A DNA stretch of 62,337 nucleotides, filler included, from 5 parts of 5 records of this genome joined end to end with filler, not necessarily neighbours in it, one strand, 5' to 3'. Counted from the first letter of the whole stretch, positions 29,685 through 41,127 are shown. The notes: generated by a model from the sequence alone, not told the origin. Program-made: numbers and translations.

Positions 29685-30199
29685 TGGCGGGCCATTTCGC
29701 GTTTCATCTTTTGCATGCGGCGGGTGATCATCTGGCGCTTGAGGGGCTTGAGGTAATCAATGAACAGCTTGCCATCCAAATGATCGATTTCATGCTGCAC
29801 ACAGGTGGCCCACAGGCCGCCAAAATCTTCTTGGTGCTCACGGCCATCGGTATCTAGCCAGCGCACTGTTACTTCGGCGGGGCGGGTAACATCGGCAAAT
29901 TGATCGGGGATCGAAAGGCACCCCTCTTCGTAGACGCTGCTTTCCTCCGAGGTGGCCAGCACCTGGGGGTTGATCATCACCAAGGGGCGCGGCGTGTCTT
30001 TTTCGCTTTTGGCACAATCCAGCACAATCACCCGGTCCAGCACGCCAATCTGTGGCGCGGCCAGCCCGATGCCAGGCGCATCATACATGGTTTCCAGCAT
30101 GTCACGGGCCAGCAGGCGCAGATCATCAGACAGATCTGCCACCGGCGTGCAGACCTTTTTCAACCGCGGGTCAGGGTGAAGCAAAATAGGGCGTTTCAT
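29681..30199 (-). CDS. def: peptide deformylase
   Basis: GIGLAAPQ, EGCLS, QHEIDH. Confidence 0.93.
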   Translation of the reverse strand: MKRPILLHPDPRLKKVCTPVADLSDDLRLLARDMLETMYDAPGIGLAAPQIGVLDRVIVLDCAKSEKDTPRPLVMINPQVLATSEESSVYEEGCLSIPDQFADVTRPAEVTVRWLDTDGREHQEDFGGLWATCVQHEIDHLDGKLFIDYLKPLKRQMITRRMQKMKREMARQ

Positions 30200-30357
30200 G
30201 CAGGGGGATTTAGGGCAAGCCCGGCGCTGGCGCAATGGTGCAATAGGCCCGCAGCAAATGCGCAAGCCGCTATTTGGGCAATTATTTTGCAAAAGCTTAT
30301 TCCATTCCCCAAAAATCTGGCCGACAAACAAGGGCAAGCCACGCAGAGGAGGGACAG

Positions 30358-31527
30358 ATGAGCTTTGACGAGATTATCCAGCGCCGCGGCACCCATTCGG
30401 TGAAATGGGATATGATGGAGCCCATATATGGCGTGCCCGCAGACAAGGGTATTTCGATGTGGGTGGCAGATATGGATTTTCGCGCCCCCGACTGCGTGCA
30501 AAACGCCGTGGCCCGCATGCACGAGCACGGGATTTACGGCTATTACGGCGACGACAAAGCCTATCGCGCGGCCATTTGCTGGTGGATGGAACATCGCCAC
30601 GGCTGGGCGGTAGACCCGGCCGCCATTTTCACCACCCATGGCCTGGTAAACGGCACGGCGATGTGCGTGGAAACCTTTACCAACCCCGGCGATGGTGTGG
30701 TGTTGATGACGCCGGTCTATCATGCCTTTGCAAAGGTGATCAAAGCCAATAACCGCAAGGTCATTGAATGCCCGCTGGTGCTGGAAGATGGCCGCTACCA
30801 GATGGATTTTGCCACATGGGATGCGCAGATGGACGGCAGCGCCAAGATGCTGGTGCTGTGCTCGCCGCATAACCCCGGTGGGCGGGTCTGGACGGTAGAC
30901 GAGCTGCAGCAAGTGGCCGATTTCTGCCGCCGCCACGATTTGGTGCTGGTCTCGGATGAAATTCACCACGATCTGGTGTTTGCGGGGCAAAAACACACCC
31001 CCATGGCCCTGATCGATGGCATCGCAGACCGGCTGGTGATGATGACGGCCACCACCAAAACCTTTAACATCGCGGGCAGCCATTCGGGCAATGTGATCAT
31101 CCATGATCCAGCCTTGCGTGCCAAATTCGAGGCCCGGATGATGGGCCTGGGCCTGTCGCCCAACTCTTTCGGCCTGTTTATGGCCGAGGCGGCCTACAGC
31201 CCCGAGGGCGCGGCCTGGGTTGATCAGCTGGTCGACTATCTTGATGGCAACCGCCGCATTTTCGATGCAGGGGTCAATGCCATTCCGGGGCTGAAATCGA
31301 TGGCCCTAGAGGCCACTTATCTGGCCTGGGTCGATTTTTCGGGCACGGGGATGGAGCGCGGCGAATTCACCCAGCGGGTTGAACAAAACGCACAAATCGC
31401 CGCCAATCATGGGCCCACATTTGGCCATGGGGGCGATAATTTCCTGCGCTTCAACCTGGCCACACCCCGCCCCTTGGTGGAACAAGCCGTGGCACGCCTG
31501 CAAGCGGCATTTAGCGATCTGCAGTAA
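30358..31527 (+). CDS. MalY/PatB-family PLP enzyme (cystathionine beta-lyase-like)
   Basis: SVKWD, MWVADMDF, CSPHNP, SDEIH, KTFNIAG. Confidence 0.9.
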   Translation: MSFDEIIQRRGTHSVKWDMMEPIYGVPADKGISMWVADMDFRAPDCVQNAVARMHEHGIYGYYGDDKAYRAAICWWMEHRHGWAVDPAAIFTTHGLVNGTAMCVETFTNPGDGVVLMTPVYHAFAKVIKANNRKVIECPLVLEDGRYQMDFATWDAQMDGSAKMLVLCSPHNPGGRVWTVDELQQVADFCRRHDLVLVSDEIHHDLVFAGQKHTPMALIDGIADRLVMMTATTKTFNIAGSHSGNVIIHDPALRAKFEARMMGLGLSPNSFGLFMAEAAYSPEGAAWVDQLVDYLDGNRRIFDAGVNAIPGLKSMALEATYLAWVDFSGTGMERGEFTQRVEQNAQIAANHGPTFGHGGDNFLRFNLATPRPLVEQAVARLQAAFSDLQ

Positions 31528-31574
31528 TTTTGCAGCACTACGGGCAGGCCTTGGCGCAACCGGCGCCCGGGCCC

Positions 31575-31931
31575 CTAGCCCATATCAGGGCCGGTTAAAA
31601 ACGCCACAGGCGCGTCTTTGCGGCGCTCGAAATCGACGGGCTGTTCATCTAGGCTTTCTGATAGCCGCTTGAATTCGTAGCGCGTTTCGCCGCTGTCTTC
31701 TTCGGCGGCCACAATCAGGCACCGGCGCAACAGGCGCCCGCCATCGTAAAGTTCTACCAAACCGCGCAGATGCGGCGCATCATCGGTCAGCGCAAAGCCA
31801 TTATCCCACAGGCGCAACACCGGGTAGGTGCGGCCGTCAACATCTATTCTAAGGCGGCTGCGCTTGCGCGCGGCATCATCTTGCGCCAGGCGCAGGGCTG
31901 CAACAACGTCGCGCGGCAAAAAGCTGGTCAT
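31575..31931 (-). CDS. conserved hypothetical protein (Rhodobacteraceae-type)
   Basis: GAGGA RBS, coherent ORF containing APHLRGLVELYDG..CLIVA..YEFKR. Confidence 0.65.
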   Translation of the reverse strand: MTSFLPRDVVAALRLAQDDAARKRSRLRIDVDGRTYPVLRLWDNGFALTDDAPHLRGLVELYDGGRLLRRCLIVAAEEDSGETRYEFKRLSESLDEQPVDFERRKDAPVAFLTGPDMG

Positions 31932-32138
31932 CGAATCCTCCATCCACTCTCCCAGGGTGACGCCGCAATCATAAAAATCAAGTAAACCTAACCTTTTGCA
32001 CCACCTGCGGGCAAAATAGCGGCCCCCAGGCCCCATTGGCCCGGCTGTGCGCAGATGCAGGCCAACTGCGCCCTGACGCGGGTTTGCTCTTTGGCGCATC
32101 AGGCTTAGCTAGTAGCCACATAGCAAAGGGGGCACATC

Positions 32139-33113
32139 ATGGGCCAGTTGATAGACGGAAAATGGCACGACACTTGGTATGATACCGCATCCACCGGCGG
32201 GCAATTCGTGCGCACAACCACCACCTTTCGCAATTGGATCACCGCCGATGGCAGCCCCGGCCCCAGCGGCACAGGCGGCTTTGCGGCGCAGGCGGGGCGC
32301 TATCACCTATATGTGTCGCTGGCCTGCCCTTGGGCGCATCGCACCTTGATTTTTCGCGCGCTGAAAGGGCTGCAAGGGCTGATCGATGTGTCAGTGGTGC
32401 ACCCCGACATGCTAGAGGGCGGCTGGAGCTTTGATACCAGCTTTGCCGGGGCGACGGGCGACAGATTGCAGGGCCACGCCTATATGCGCGATGTCTATCT
32501 GGCCGCAGATCCAAAAATTTCGGGCCGCGTCACAGTGCCAGTTTTGTGGGACAAAGCCACCAGCCAGATCGTATCGAATGAAAGCGCGGAAATCATTCGC
32601 ATGTTCAACAGCGCGTTTGACGGGCTGACCGGCAACACCCTAGATTTCTGGCCCAGTGCCCTGCGCACCCAGATCGAGGCGATCAACCAGCGCATTTACG
32701 ACACGCTGAATAACGGCGTCTACAAAGCCGGCTTTGCCACCACCCAAACCGCCTATGACAGCGCCGTCAGCGCGCTGTTTGACACGATGGATTGGTTGGA
32801 AAACCACCTGTCAGACAACCGCTTTTTGATGGGCGACACCCTGACCGAGGCCGATTGGCGGCTGTTTCCCACCCTTGTGCGGTTTGACCCGGTGTATCAC
32901 GGGCATTTCAAATGCAGCCTGCGCCGGCTGGTCGATTACCCCAACCTTTGGGCCTATACCCGGCATCTGTATCAAATGCCCGGCATCAAAGAGACGGTGA
33001 ATTTCGACCATATCCGCCGCCATTACCACTATAGCCACACCACGATTAACCCCCATCGCATTGTGCCCATGGCCCCCGCGCTCGATTTTGACGCCCCCCA
33101 TGGGCGCGGCTGA
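32139..33113 (+). CDS. glutathionyl-hydroquinone reductase (GST Xi/omega, YqjG-like)
   Basis: LYVSLACPWAHR, TVPVLWD, NESAEI, NNGVYK. Confidence 0.9.
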   Translation: MGQLIDGKWHDTWYDTASTGGQFVRTTTTFRNWITADGSPGPSGTGGFAAQAGRYHLYVSLACPWAHRTLIFRALKGLQGLIDVSVVHPDMLEGGWSFDTSFAGATGDRLQGHAYMRDVYLAADPKISGRVTVPVLWDKATSQIVSNESAEIIRMFNSAFDGLTGNTLDFWPSALRTQIEAINQRIYDTLNNGVYKAGFATTQTAYDSAVSALFDTMDWLENHLSDNRFLMGDTLTEADWRLFPTLVRFDPVYHGHFKCSLRRLVDYPNLWAYTRHLYQMPGIKETVNFDHIRRHYHYSHTTINPHRIVPMAPALDFDAPHGRG

Positions 33114-33197
33114 TTGGGCAGGATGGGCGCTTTCAGCTTGAGAATCTGGCGCGGCTGCTGTTGAACCACGCCAACAGCATTTCGTAAGGGTCGCCGC

Positions 33198-34190
33198 ATG
33201 CAGGCCACATCCCCCCAAGCCCCAAAACGCGACCATGGCGGTGGTGTTGATGGCGCAATCGCATGTTTTGGTGGCCAGCGTTCCGATTGGATCGATCTGT
33301 CAACCGGCATCAACCCGGTGCCCTACCCGCTGGGGCAGGTGCCCGCCAGCGCATGGGGCGCCTTGCCAGATCAGGCGGCATCCGATGCGCTGCTGGCCAC
33401 CGCACGGGCCCTGTGGCAGGTGCCAAAGGATGCCGCCATTTTGGCCGCGCCCGGGGCCTCGGCCTTGATTGCACGGCTGCCCGCCCTGCGCCCCAAGGGC
33501 CGGGTGGTGATCGAGGGGCCAACATATAACGAACATGCCGCAGGTTTTCAGGCGGCGGGCTGGCAGGTGCAAACCACCCATGCCCCCGGCCCTGCCACTG
33601 CCCGCGTGATCGTGCACCCCAACAACCCCACAGGCCAGTGGCACAGCGATTTCACCCCCGACACCGATTTCAGCGTGATCGACGAAAGCTTTTGCGATGT
33701 CGCCCCCAACCGCAGCCTGCTGCCCCGGCTGGATTTGCAAAAAAGCCTTGTGCTGAAAAGCTTTGGCAAGTTTTGGGGCTTGGCGGGGCTGCGTTTGGGC
33801 TTTGCCATTGGCAATCGCGCAGATATTGCCAAACTGGCGCAAATGCTGGGCCCATGGCCCGTGTCTGGCCCGGCGATGCATATCGGCGCACGGGCCTTGG
33901 CCGATCATGATTGGGCCAAAGCCACGCGCGCGCGCCTGGCGGCCGATGCCGCGCGGATGGATGGCGAAATGGCGGCGCAAAATGCCGTGCCATTGGGCGG
34001 CACCACGCTGTTTCGATTGTATCAGGTGGGCGATGCCGTGGCATGGCAGGCCCATCTGGCGCGGGCGCATATCTGGTCGCGCGTCTTTCCCTATGCCGGC
34101 AATTGGCTGCGCCTGGGCCTGCCCGCCCCAAAGGCCTGGCCCAGGGTCAGCGCCGCGATTGCCAGTGCCACCGCAAAGGACGTGAGATGA
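33198..34190 (+). CDS. cobC: threonine-phosphate decarboxylase (cobalamin synthesis)
   Basis: [35 protein letters not shown]. Adjacent to cbiB. Confidence 0.88.
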   Translation: MQATSPQAPKRDHGGGVDGAIACFGGQRSDWIDLSTGINPVPYPLGQVPASAWGALPDQAASDALLATARALWQVPKDAAILAAPGASALIARLPALRPKGRVVIEGPTYNEHAAGFQAAGWQVQTTHAPGPATARVIVHPNNPTGQWHSDFTPDTDFSVIDESFCDVAPNRSLLPRLDLQKSLVLKSFGKFWGLAGLRLGFAIGNRADIAKLAQMLGPWPVSGPAMHIGARALADHDWAKATRARLAADAARMDGEMAAQNAVPLGGTTLFRLYQVGDAVAWQAHLARAHIWSRVFPYAGNWLRLGLPAPKAWPRVSAAIASATAKDVR

Positions 34191-35098
34191 GCGTTATTTT
34201 GGCCATGCTTCTTGATGCGCTGCTGGGCGAGCCAAAAATCCTTTGGTCGCGCCTGCCGCACCCGGCGGTTTTGATGGGCCGCGCCGTGGCCTTTGCCGAT
34301 GCGCGGCTTAACCAGGGGCCTGCCCGGCACCTCAAAGGGGTATTGGCCGTGGCCCTGCTGGTGCTGGGCGCGGCCCTGTTGGGGGCAGTGTTGCAAGCAC
34401 TTGGCCCTGTGGCCGAGGTGATTGTGGGCGCGATATTGCTGGCGCAAAAATCGCTGGTGCAACATGTGACAGCGGTGGCGCAGGGCCTGCGCTGCGGGGT
34501 TGCGCCGGGGCGCGCGGCTGTGGCGATGATTGTCAGCCGCGACACCCGCGACATGGACCGCGACGGCGTGGCGCGCGCGGCCATCGAAAGCGCGGCAGAA
34601 AACCTAAGCGATGGGGTGATCGCCCCGCTGTTTTGGTTTCTGCTGGCCGGGCTGCCGGGGCTTTTGGTGTATAAGATCGTCAATACCGCAGACAGTATGA
34701 TTGGCTATCGCACGCCGCGCTATGCCGCTTTTGGCTGGGCGGCCGCGCGGCTGGATGATGTGCTAAACCTTATCCCCGCCCGGCTGACCGCGCTGCTTAT
34801 TGCGCTGCCCCATGGCCAATGGCGCGCCCTGCCCGCCATTTGGCGCGATGCGCGCCGCCACCGCTCGCCCAATGCCGGCTGGCCCGAGGCCGCAATGGCG
34901 CGGGCCTTGGGCATCGCGCTGGCAGGGCCGCGCGCCTATAACGGCCAGCGCCAGGAATTTGCCTGGGTCAATGCCACAGGGCGCCGCCCGCTGCTGGCCC
35001 AAGATATCGAGGCGGCAGTGGCCGTTTTGTGGCAAACCTGGGCCTTGGCGCTGGCGGCGGTTGTTGCAACCGCCGCAATTTGCGCGTTTTTCCCCTAA
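34187..35098 (+). CDS. cbiB: adenosylcobinamide-phosphate synthase
   Basis: [37 protein letters not shown]. Confidence 0.92.
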   Translation: MSVILAMLLDALLGEPKILWSRLPHPAVLMGRAVAFADARLNQGPARHLKGVLAVALLVLGAALLGAVLQALGPVAEVIVGAILLAQKSLVQHVTAVAQGLRCGVAPGRAAVAMIVSRDTRDMDRDGVARAAIESAAENLSDGVIAPLFWFLLAGLPGLLVYKIVNTADSMIGYRTPRYAAFGWAAARLDDVLNLIPARLTALLIALPHGQWRALPAIWRDARRHRSPNAGWPEAAMARALGIALAGPRAYNGQRQEFAWVNATGRRPLLAQDIEAAVAVLWQTWALALAAVVATAAICAFFP

Positions 35099-35159
35099 GG
35101 CGCCCCTTGCCCCATAGGCCAGGCCTGCTAGGCTGGGGCCATTGTGTAGGGGGTAAATT

Positions 35160-36332
35160 ATGCGCGTTTTGACCACTTGTTTTCTGCTGTCTTTGGCACC
35201 GGCCTGGGTGGGGGCTGCGCCACGCTGCGGCGGTGATTGGCAGGCATTTTTGCAAGATGTCGGGCGCGAGGCCGTGGCCGAGGGGCGCAGCGCAGCCGCC
35301 ACAGGCGCGTTTTTGGCACAGCTTCAACCTGATCCAGCGGTCTTAGCCGCCGACCGGCGGCAGGGTGTTTTTCAGCTGGATTTTACCCGCTTTTCCAGCC
35401 GTCTGATTTCGGAAAACCGGGCCCGCCGCGGCGCTGAAATGGGCCGCAAATGGGATGCGGTTTTCACCCGGATCGAGGCACAATATGGCATCCCACGGGG
35501 GGTTTTGCTGGCGTTTTGGGCCTTTGAAACCGATTACGGTGCCTTTCAGGGCGATTTCAACACCGCCAATGCGCTGGCCACCTTGGCCCATGATTGCCGC
35601 AGACCGGCGCTGTTTCGGCCACAGCTGCTGGCCGCCATCACCTTGTTCGAACGCGGCGATTTCGACCCGGCCACCACCACCGGCGCTTGGGCAGGCGAGA
35701 TTGGCATGGTGCAAATGCTGCCCCAAGATATTTTGGACAACGGCGTTGATGGCGATGGCGATGGCCATGTCACGCTGAAAACCTCGGCGCCAGATGCGCT
35801 ACTGTCGGCGGCGCGCATGTTGTCGCGGCTGGGGTGGAAACCCGACCAGCCGTGGCTGCAAGAGGTGCGCCTGCCCGCGCGCATGGATTGGGGCAAATCA
35901 GGCTATGAAACACAGCTTTCAGTGGCCGATTGGGCCGCCATGGGCGTGCAGCCGCGCAGCGGCACATGGGCGGCACAGGGCCAGGCCAGCCTGATTTTGC
36001 CACAGGGCCACAAAGGCCCGGCCTTTTTGGCCTATCCAAATTTTCATGTCTATTTCGACTGGAACCAAAGCTTCACCTATGTGCTCACCGCGGCCTATTT
36101 CGCCACGCGCATGGGTGGCGCCCCGGCCTTTGACCCGCGCGCGCCCGAGCCGGGGCTAGAGCCCGCACAGATGAAAGCGCTGCAGCGCAAGCTGGCCGCG
36201 CGCGGCCACGATGTGGGCGGGATCGATGGCATCTTGGGCGCAGGCACCCGTGCCGCCGTGCAAAAAGAGCAGGCACGGCTGGGCCTGCCCGCCGATGCAT
36301 GGCCCACAAAGGCACTGCTGGACAGGCTGTAA
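35160..36332 (+). CDS. lytic murein transglycosylase (MltB family) with C-terminal PG-binding domain
   Basis: Signal peptide, WAFETDYG, GAWAGEIG, DGDGDG, DGILGAGTR. Confidence 0.9.
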   Translation: MRVLTTCFLLSLAPAWVGAAPRCGGDWQAFLQDVGREAVAEGRSAAATGAFLAQLQPDPAVLAADRRQGVFQLDFTRFSSRLISENRARRGAEMGRKWDAVFTRIEAQYGIPRGVLLAFWAFETDYGAFQGDFNTANALATLAHDCRRPALFRPQLLAAITLFERGDFDPATTTGAWAGEIGMVQMLPQDILDNGVDGDGDGHVTLKTSAPDALLSAARMLSRLGWKPDQPWLQEVRLPARMDWGKSGYETQLSVADWAAMGVQPRSGTWAAQGQASLILPQGHKGPAFLAYPNFHVYFDWNQSFTYVLTAAYFATRMGGAPAFDPRAPEPGLEPAQMKALQRKLAARGHDVGGIDGILGAGTRAAVQKEQARLGLPADAWPTKALLDRL

Positions 36333-36368
36333 CAGGCCGCCAGCCTGCCCTGCCCTGCCCTGTCCGGC

Positions 36369-36476
36369 TTAGGCCACCATGGCGGCGGCTTTTTTCAGAT
36401 CAACCGAAACCAGCTGGCTGACGCCCTGTTCCTGCATAGTCACGCCAAACAGCCGGTCCATGCGCGCCATCGTCAC
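36369..36476 (-). CDS. smc: chromosome segregation protein SMC, 3' end only
   Basis: Hand translation gives [35 protein letters not shown], the SMC C-terminal motif. Confidence 0.85.
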   Translation of the reverse strand: MTMARMDRLFGVTMQEQGVSQLVSVDLKKAAAMVA

Positions 36477-36477
36477 C

Positions 36478-36577
36478 NNNNNNNNNNNNNNNNNNNNNNN
36501 NNNNNNNNNNNNNNNNNNNNNTTAATTAATTAANNNNNNNNNNNNNNNNNNNNNNNNNNNNNNNNNNNNNNNNNNNN
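36478..36577. other. artificial contig spacer
   Basis: 44 N + TTAATTAATTAA + 44 N. Confidence 0.98.
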
Positions 36578-37510
36578 GATGAAGATCGACATGACGATGC
36601 CCGGCACATTCAACAGCCCGAGGCCAAAGGTCACTAGCCCCATGACAAAGGCCGCGATGACCACGCCGGGGATACTGCCTGCTCCGCCCAGGATCGACAC
36701 CCCGCCGAGGACGACCATGGTGACGACCTCCAACTCCCACCCGGTGCCGATGGACGGGCGGGTGGACCCCAACCGCGAGGTCAGGCAGATCGCCGCCACG
36801 CCGGACATGAGGCCGGTGAGCAGGAAGAGGATGAACTTCACCCGGTCGACGCGGATGCCCGAGAACTGCGCGGCGGTGGCGTTGTTGCCGATGGCATAAA
36901 CGGTGCGACCAAAGTTGGTGCGATGCAGCAGGACGTAGTAGATCAGCGCCAGCACGGCGAAGAGGACGAATTCGAAGGAGATGACCCAGAACACGTAGCC
37001 TTGGCCGAAGTAGCTGAAATCGGATGGGTAATCGCGGTAGGCCCCGTCGCCCAACACGATAAACGAGATGCCGCGGAACAGGCTCATGGTGCCGATGGTG
37101 ACCACGATGGACGGCAACCCCATTCGGGTCACGAGTAGGCCGTTGAACGCGCCGCAGGCAAGCCCGGTGGCCAGTCCGATTATCACCAGCGCGGGCGTGC
37201 CGAAGCCCACCGAAGCCGCCGCCCCCATGGCCGTCGAGGCCAGCGCAATGATCGAGGCGACGCTCAGGTCGATCTCGCCCGAGATGATGAGCAGCGCCAT
37301 GGCAAAGGCGATCATCGCCTTCTCGGTGAAGTTGAAGGTGGCATCCGACAGGTTCCACGCGTTCAGAAAATACGGGCTTGCCAGCGAGTTGGCGATGAAT
37401 ATCGCCACGGCCACGATCAGCAACAGCAGTTCCCAAGACGCCAGCAGGCGGGCGGCGGGGCTGTGCAGCCGGTTGGGGATGCTGCGCGGGGTGAGGCTTG
37501 TATCGCTCAT
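36578..37510 (-). CDS. rhaQ: rhamnose ABC permease, 3' truncated
   Basis: EIDLSV, GRTVYAIG, VVLGGVSILGG. Within the rha operon. Confidence 0.85.
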
Positions 37511-38502
37511 GCCGTGGCTCCTTCCGAGGGCTGCTCCTGCGCCTTGCGCAGGATAATCCGGCCGTTGGCGCGGGCGTTGCGGTTGTTCAGCGTGACGGCG
37601 ACGATGATCGCGGTCCCAGAGATGGCCATCTGCCAGAAGGGGGAAATGTCGATGACCGGCAGGGCGTTCTTGACGATGCCGAGGAAAAGCGCGCCGAGGA
37701 TGGTGCCGAGGATCGTTCCCGCGCCCCCGGCGATGGAGATGCCGCCGATGACGCAGGCGGCGACGACCTCAAGCTCGAAGCCTCCGGCGATATCCACATA
37801 GGCCACGGCGTAGCGCGCGACCCAAAGGTACCCGCACAGCCCGGCCAGCGCGCCCGACAGGGTGAAGGCCCAGAATTGCGTCCGCCCGACCGAAATACCG
37901 GTGTAGACGGCGGCATGCGGGTTGCCGCCCACCGCGTAGAAGGCCCGGCCCAGCGGCGTGCGGTTGATCGTCAGCAGCATGGCAGCGGCGGCGAGGATGC
38001 CGAACCACGCCAGCACTGGCAAGGCGAGTATCGACGTCCGGGGAAAGCTTGTGAAGGCGTCCGACATCTCGTGCGCGTTGATCCATGCGCCGTCCGAGAT
38101 CAGGAAGATGACGCCGCGATAGATGGTCATGGTGCCCAGCGTGACGACGATGGAGGGGATCGCCAGCTTCCAGACCAGCAGGCCGTTGATCATGCCCATG
38201 ATCGCGCCCATTGTGACTGCGAGGATCAGGATCACCGCCACCGGCACGCCTGGCATCGCGGCGGTCAGCATGGCGCAGACCATGCCGGTCAGCGCGAGGT
38301 TGGCCGCCACCGACAGGTCGATGCAGCGTGTCAGGATCACCACCGTCTGCCCCAGCGCGAGGATCAGCAGAGGCGAGGTATCGGTGAAGACCCGTGCTAG
38401 GTTGTCTGGCGCGATGAAGCCCGGAAAGCGGCTGGCGATCAGCGCCAGCAACAGCAGGATGCCCCCACCCAGCAGGGCTTCGCGTGACTTGAGCAGGCTC
38501 AT
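37507..38502 (-). CDS. rhaP: rhamnose ABC permease
   Basis: CIDLSVAAN, GRAFYAVGGN, VIGGISIAGG. Confidence 0.85.
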   Translation of the reverse strand: MSLLKSREALLGGGILLLLALIASRFPGFIAPDNLARVFTDTSPLLILALGQTVVILTRCIDLSVAANLALTGMVCAMLTAAMPGVPVAVILILAVTMGAIMGMINGLLVWKLAIPSIVVTLGTMTIYRGVIFLISDGAWINAHEMSDAFTSFPRTSILALPVLAWFGILAAAAMLLTINRTPLGRAFYAVGGNPHAAVYTGISVGRTQFWAFTLSGALAGLCGYLWVARYAVAYVDIAGGFELEVVAACVIGGISIAGGAGTILGTILGALFLGIVKNALPVIDISPFWQMAISGTAIIVAVTLNNRNARANGRIILRKAQEQPSEGATA

Positions 38503-40037
38503 GCGCTCTCTCCGATCCCCGCCGCGTGGCGGACAAGCGTTTCGGGGGTTAGGTCTGCACCCTCCAGTTCGGCGGCGATCAGACCTTCGCGCATGACGAT
38601 GACGCGGTCGGACATGCCCAGCACTTCGGGGATTTCCGAGCTGACCATAATGACCGACAGACCTTCGGCGGCGAGTTCCGCCATGAAGGCATGCACGGCA
38701 GCCTTGGAGCCAATGTCGATGCCCTTCGTCGGCTCGTCGAGGATGATGACGCGCGGCTTCGTCGCCAACCACTTGGCGATCACCACCTTTTGCTGATTGC
38801 CGCCCGACAGGTTGCCGACGTCCTGATCGAGGCTCGCCGCCCGCAGGTCGAGCCGCTCTGTGTAGGACCGCGCCAGCGCGAATTCCTCGGACAGCCGTAG
38901 GAAACCGTTGCGCGAGGTCTGAGAGAGCGAAGGCAACGTCACGTTCTGAAAGATCGGCAGCCCGATCACCGCACCCTGCTTGCCGCGATCCTCGGGGACG
39001 TAGACGATTCCAGCCTCCACGGCCTCGGCGGGGGAGCGGATCACCTTGATCTGGCCGTCGATCTGCGTAACGCCCTTGGACGGCCTAGTGATGCCGAAAA
39101 GCGCCTGCATGAGCTCGGACCGGCCCGCGCCGACGAGGCCGTAAAAGCCAAGGATCTCGCCGCGCCGCAGGGTGAAGTTTATTTCGTCGAACTCGGTCGG
39201 ATGAGAATAGCCCACGACTTTGAGCACCTCGTCGCCGGGGGCCTTGGCACGCTCCGGGAAGATCTGGTCCACGTCGCGCCCGACCATCATGCGCACGAGG
39301 TCAGCCTCGGTGACGTCGGCCATCAGGCCGGCGCTGACATGGGTGCCGTCCCGGAACACGGTGTAGCGGTCGGCGATGCGAAAAATCTCGTCGAACTTGT
39401 GGGAAATGAAGAGGATGGCCCGCCCCTCCGCCTTCAGGCGGTCGACCAGTTCGTAAAGCTCTTCGATTTCCTTGTGAGACAAGGCGGCGGTGGGTTCGTC
39501 CATGACGACCACCCGCGCATCGACCGAGAGCGCACGGGCGATGGCCACGAGATGCTTCGACGCGATACCAAGGTCACGCAGCGGCGTATCGGGGTCGAGG
39601 TCAGCGTCGATTCGGGTCAGGATCTGCTGTGCCCTTGCCCGCATCACTTTCCAGTCGATCAGCCCGAACCGCCCGCGCGGCGCGTGACCGATAAAGATGT
39701 TCTCGGCCACGGTGAGTTCATCGAAAAGCACTGTCTCCTGGTGGATCGCGGTGATCCCGGCGCGGGCGGCGTCCTGCGCGGTGGCAAAGACCACCGGTTC
39801 ACCCGCGACATGGATCGCCCCGCCGTCGGGCTGGTAGATGCCGGTCAGGGTCTTCACCAGGGTCGACTTGCCCGCCCCGTTCTCGCCGATCAGGGCGGTG
39901 ACCTGGCCGGGGTATAGCTCCAACGAGACGCCATCCAGTGCCTTCACGCCGGGGAATGTCTTTGTGATGTCCCTGAGTTCGAGCACAGGGGTCGCCTGCG
40001 TGCGGTCGAACTGCCCGGACTCGACGCTCATCTGCAT
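38499..40037 (-). CDS. rhaT: rhamnose ABC ATPase (tandem domain)
   Basis: GENGAGKS, DEPT, LSGGNQQK. Confidence 0.88.
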   Translation of the reverse strand: MQMSVESGQFDRTQATPVLELRDITKTFPGVKALDGVSLELYPGQVTALIGENGAGKSTLVKTLTGIYQPDGGAIHVAGEPVVFATAQDAARAGITAIHQETVLFDELTVAENIFIGHAPRGRFGLIDWKVMRARAQQILTRIDADLDPDTPLRDLGIASKHLVAIARALSVDARVVVMDEPTAALSHKEIEELYELVDRLKAEGRAILFISHKFDEIFRIADRYTVFRDGTHVSAGLMADVTEADLVRMMVGRDVDQIFPERAKAPGDEVLKVVGYSHPTEFDEINFTLRRGEILGFYGLVGAGRSELMQALFGITRPSKGVTQIDGQIKVIRSPAEAVEAGIVYVPEDRGKQGAVIGLPIFQNVTLPSLSQTSRNGFLRLSEEFALARSYTERLDLRAASLDQDVGNLSGGNQQKVVIAKWLATKPRVIILDEPTKGIDIGSKAAVHAFMAELAAEGLSVIMVSSEIPEVLGMSDRVIVMREGLIAAELEGADLTPETLVRHAAGIGESA

Positions 40038-40128
40038 CGCGGCCTCCGCGGATTCATTAAATGAAGAACCCCGACGCGTTCGCCGGGGGGGATGTCCCGG
40101 CGTGATGCCCACGCCGGGAGAAAGGAGA

Positions 40129-41127
40129 TCAGAAGATGTCCTTGAAGTCGTCGATGTTGCTTTCGTCGTAGACGAAGGGGTCGGCCATCGCGCCTTCGTT
40201 GTTGTCGTCCAGCGTCAGCGTGCCCATGCGGCCCATGGGGATCTCTGCGCCCGGTTCCGCCTCGGCGGCGTCAGTGGCGAGCTGGTACGCCAGCACGGTG
40301 GCGGAGTAGCCGAGGTCGATCGGGTTCCAGATCGCAAAGGATTTGGACGCGCCGGACTCGATTGCGCCCGCCATCTCCGACGGCAAACCGAGGCCGGTCA
40401 CGTTGACCTCGCCCACCTTGCCCGCGTCCTCGACCGCGCGCGCGGCGGCCACGATGCCCACCGAGGTCGGCGCGATGATCGCGTCGAGGTCCGGGTAGGT
40501 CTGCATCAGGCCGGTGGCCTCGCGGTAGGACTTGTCGGCGAGGTCGTCGCCGTAGACGGTGCCCACCACTTCGATGCCTTCGTAGTTCCCCAGCACCTTG
40601 TTCATCTCGTCAATCCAGATGTTCTGGTTCGTTGAAGTCGTGGTGGCGGACAGTACCGCGACCTTGCCACCCTCGGGCAGCTCGTCAGCGGCGAGCTTCA
40701 GGATCATGTTGCCGATCAGAGGGTTGGAGGACGGGTTGAGGTGCAGCTCGCGCCCTTCGGGGGCCACGCCGCTGTCCCAGGAGACCACGGTGATGCCGCG
40801 CTGCATCGCCTTTTTCAGCGCGGGCACCAAAGCGTCGGTGTCGTTGGCAGAGATGGCGATGGCGTCCACCTGCTGGGCGATCAGGGCGTTGATCACCTCG
40901 ATCTGACCTTCGGCGGTGGTGTCGGTTGGGCCGGTGTAGATCACCTCGACATTGCCGATTTCGGCAGCCGCCTCTTCGGCCCCCTTGGCCGCCGCCTCGA
41001 AGAAGCCGATGCCAAGCGCCTTGGCCACCAGCGCGATGCGCACCGGGTCCTCGGCATGGGCCATGCTGCCCGCCATCAACGCTGTCGCCATGGCCGCGCC
41101 ACCAAACAGTCTGCGTGTCAGTTTCAT
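40129..41127 (-). CDS. rhaS: rhamnose ABC substrate-binding protein
   Basis: KALGIGFF, TAEGQIE, WDSG, TNQNIW, WNPIDLGY. Confidence 0.88.
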   Translation of the reverse strand: MKLTRRLFGGAAMATALMAGSMAHAEDPVRIALVAKALGIGFFEAAAKGAEEAAAEIGNVEVIYTGPTDTTAEGQIEVINALIAQQVDAIAISANDTDALVPALKKAMQRGITVVSWDSGVAPEGRELHLNPSSNPLIGNMILKLAADELPEGGKVAVLSATTTSTNQNIWIDEMNKVLGNYEGIEVVGTVYGDDLADKSYREATGLMQTYPDLDAIIAPTSVGIVAAARAVEDAGKVGEVNVTGLGLPSEMAGAIESGASKSFAIWNPIDLGYSATVLAYQLATDAAEAEPGAEIPMGRMGTLTLDDNNEGAMADPFVYDESNIDDFKDIF

